A stretch of 27,906 nucleotides of DNA, taken from positions 1 to 27,906 of the forward strand of contig JABXKD010000049.1 in assembly GCA_013375475.1 (NCBI GenBank). The letters are read 5' to 3'. Positions 25,295 through 27,906 of the stretch are shown in pieces. The notes beneath the pieces were generated by a model. The model saw only the letters and a list, made by a program, of their open reading frames with translations. It did not search any database and was not told the origin of the DNA. The stretch's first letter is position 1; each line of letters begins with the position of its first letter. The DNA is from Promethearchaeota archaeon. GTDB taxonomy: Archaea > Asgardarchaeota > Lokiarchaeia > Sigyniarchaeales > SOKP01. A program made the position numbers and the translations under genes.

Positions 25295-27906
25295 TCTAGA
25301 GAATCTCCTCCTGTTGATTTATTTATTTTATCTTCAATCTCTTTTTGTATTCTCAATATTTCTTTACTACGCTCTATTTCACTTGTTATGATATTACTAC
25401 GAGTGTCAACTGTCAATGGTTTCAACTTCTTCCCTTTGCCAATTTTTTTTCTTATTTTTCGCATCATCCTTACTTCTGCTGGATATTTAAAACGTTTTTG
25501 ATATAGAACGAAAGCTACGGTTACTCCTACCACGCCAGCTGCCAAAGATATTATTATTATGGTAATATCGGGACCAGGTGGTGCAATTACATTCAAAACT
25601 ATCTCGAAATCATCACGAAAATCGTAATTTTCCCCTGCATACGCATTAATACTTATAAGATATGATCCTGTGGGTACATTATTTAATGTAGCTTCATATA
25701 TTCCATCGTTGTTCGAATCACTTAAAATTCCTTGTCCATTTCCCCACCTATAAGTGACCGTTGCATTCTTGATCGTCCCTCCGAAATCAGTATTGTTAAG
25801 AACAATTTGAATAAGGAAATTTTCATTAGGATTTATATCAACAAAAATAAGACCAGATACAGTATTTATTGATGTACTCACTCTATTTACTTTGATTCTT
25901 AAATCAATCGTATTAATTTGATAATTTGGCGCTGATGCGACGATAGTAAATAATTTTACCCCAATTAATAGAATTGAACTATTAAATATTAAAGAATATT
26001 GATTAAGAAGTAAACTTTCTGTTAAGTTTTGATCTAAATCCTCCCCTATAAATTGTAATAGAGCACTTGGAATTCCTATTCCAGTTTGATTGTCTAAATA
26101 TTTTACTGTTACATTCAGTAAATTTCCTATTGTTATTTCGAAAACGGGATCTGAAGTTACATCATCCCCATTCAATAATAATTGAAGTTGAGTTGCCCTA
26201 TCAATCACATCAATAATGAACTGTACTGACATTGCTTGATAATTTGGTAATTGAGCAAATAATGTTAATACATTAACACCTTTCTCTAAGTCATTAGAGT
26301 TTATCGTGATATTATAATACATGCCTGTTTGATTTAATATCCCAAATCCTAATAATTCGATATTAGCCAAATTGAGGGAATTATTTGTAAGATCATCTAT
26401 ATAATAAACTGTAATGTTAATCAGTTCGTTTGCCTCAAACTTGATAGATTCACCTTGACTTTTTGGAAGGCTGTTTACATAAAGGGATAATCTTGTATTT
26501 CTTTCCTCGACATTTATGAAAAATTGAATTCTCTTAGGTTTGTACCCTTCAAATTGAGCAAAAACGGTTAAAATGTTGACACCACTGACTAGAGTATTGG
26601 TATTTATTGTATAGTTAAATTGAGAACCGAATTCCGTAAAATTTCCAATACCAAGTAAATCAACTTTAGCACCAGTAAGATGGGTATCTCTAATACTATC
26701 ACGATATAAAATAGTAATATTCAATGATTCATCAAATTGAGTATCAATAGTATCAAGATCGAAATTCTCGTCTTCTTCAACGAATAATCGCAAGTAAGTG
26801 GCTCTTTCTTGGACATCAATGAAAAATTGAACTGTTCTCGACTGATAGTTATCTTTAATTGATATAATAGTTAATGCATTAATCCCTTCAGCTAAATTGT
26901 TGGTATTAAGGCTAAAGTTAAATTGAGTTCCACTTTCAAAAAAGTTTCCAACACCAAGCAAATCAACATTCGCTCCAGTAAGATGAGCATCTGTTGTACT
27001 GTCCCGGTATAAAATAGTGATATTCAACGATTCATCAAATTGGGAAAGATATGTATCGCTATCAAAAATTTCTAATCCTTCAATAAATAATCTTATATAC
27101 GTAACTCTCTCTTGAATATTAATGACAAATTGAATTGTTTGAGATTGATAATTATCCTTGGTACACAAAATCGTCAAAACATTTATTCCTTGATTTAAAT
27201 CGTTGGTAATTAAAGTATAATTATATTGATTGAGCAACTCATCTAACGCTCCCAATCCTAATAAACTGACTATAGAACTATATATATGTTGCTTAGTAAT
27301 ATTGTCTCTATAAAGAATTGTAATGTTGAGCGATTCATAATACTGAGAATTAATAGTTTCTGAGTCGTATCTCTGAATACTATTAATAAATAATAATAAT
27401 TCTGTTTCGCGATCGTATATATCTAAAATTATCTGAAATGTTTGATCTTGAAATCCATTTAATTGAGCAAATATCGTTAAAATGTTTAATCCATTTTCGA
27501 AATTATCAGTATTAATTGTATAATTAAATTGTGTTCCTATTTCGCTAAAACCTCCTATACCAACTATATTAACAATAGCTCCAGCTAGATGCGCGTTAGT
27601 TACATTATCTCGATAAAAAATTGTTATATTTAATTGCTCGCCAAATTGAGTATTAATTGTGTCACTATTATTTCTTTCGACACTTTCTACAAATACTTTT
27701 AAATAAGTAGTTCTAACTTGAACATTTACAAGAAGTTGTATAGTCTGGTATTGGTAATTATCTTTTTGAGCCAAAATGGTTAAAACATTTACACCCTGAA
27801 CTAAATCGTTAGTGTTTAATGTAAAGTTATATTGATTTAGACTCTCATCCATGCTTCCGAATCCTAACAAATCGACTGAAGCTCCACTTACATGTAATGA
27901 TGTATT
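25291..27906 (-). CDS. Paralogous giant surface glycoprotein, 5'-partial
   Basis: Frame is open to the window edge (NTSLHVSGASVDLLGFGS...); at least 7 repeats of the same type, TM and RFKYP tail; 4 bp overlap with the next gene. Confidence 0.9.
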   Translation of the reverse strand, partial: NTSLHVSGASVDLLGFGSMDESLNQYNFTLNTNDLVQGVNVLTILAQKDNYQYQTIQLLVNVQVRTTYLKVFVESVERNNSDTINTQFGEQLNITIFYRDNVTNAHLAGAIVNIVGIGGFSEIGTQFNYTINTDNFENGLNILTIFAQLNGFQDQTFQIILDIYDRETELLLFINSIQRYDSETINSQYYESLNITILYRDNITKQHIYSSIVSLLGLGALDELLNQYNYTLITNDLNQGINVLTILCTKDNYQSQTIQFVINIQERVTYIRLFIEGLEIFDSDTYLSQFDESLNITILYRDSTTDAHLTGANVDLLGVGNFFESGTQFNFSLNTNNLAEGINALTIISIKDNYQSRTVQFFIDVQERATYLRLFVEEDENFDLDTIDTQFDESLNITILYRDSIRDTHLTGAKVDLLGIGNFTEFGSQFNYTINTNTLVSGVNILTVFAQFEGYKPKRIQFFINVEERNTRLSLYVNSLPKSQGESIKFEANELINITVYYIDDLTNNSLNLANIELLGFGILNQTGMYYNITINSNDLEKGVNVLTLFAQLPNYQAMSVQFIIDVIDRATQLQLLLNGDDVTSDPVFEITIGNLLNVTVKYLDNQTGIGIPSALLQFIGEDLDQNLTESLLLNQYSLIFNSSILLIGVKLFTIVASAPNYQINTIDLRIKVNRVSTSINTVSGLIFVDINPNENFLIQIVLNNTDFGGTIKNATVTYRWGNGQGILSDSNNDGIYEATLNNVPTGSYLISINAYAGENYDFRDDFEIVLNVIAPPGPDITIIIISLAAGVVGVTVAFVLYQKRFKYPAEVRMMRKIRKKIGKGKKLKPLTVDTRSNIITSEIERSKEILRIQKEIEDKINKSTGGDSLE

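Overview
AT-rich archaeal DNA. The protein families (Loki-type NosD and LRR-associated N-terminal modules, a longin/wHTH protein, Ig-like repeat surface proteins) and BRE/TATA promoters suggest an Asgard archaeon of the Lokiarchaeia type; this is inferred from family recognition, not a search. The left 12 kb is an accessory, probably glycan-related island built from nested direct repeats, with no integrase or transposase in view. Two near-identical GT2 glycosyltransferases bound it, and their differences are almost all non-synonymous. It holds a frameshifted bacterial-looking YbaK gene and a membrane protein / beta-helix / clan GH-A glycoside hydrolase operon containing a ~310 bp junction duplication. 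It also holds a 5.2 kb block, flanked by a 34-43 bp direct repeat, with four tandem radical SAM/SPASM-twitch paralogs that vary at predicted active-site-facing positions. The right part looks more core-like: an HSL-family esterase, a small ORF plus bactofilin plus coiled-coil/RHH/wHTH operon with candidate operators and a structured 3' UTR, and an MFS exporter. It ends with a minus-strand cluster of two giant repeat surface proteins, a longin-wHTH (NPRL2-like architecture) protein and a TrmB-like wHTH/coiled-coil/PLD-fold protein. No tRNA, rRNA or CRISPR array was seen.
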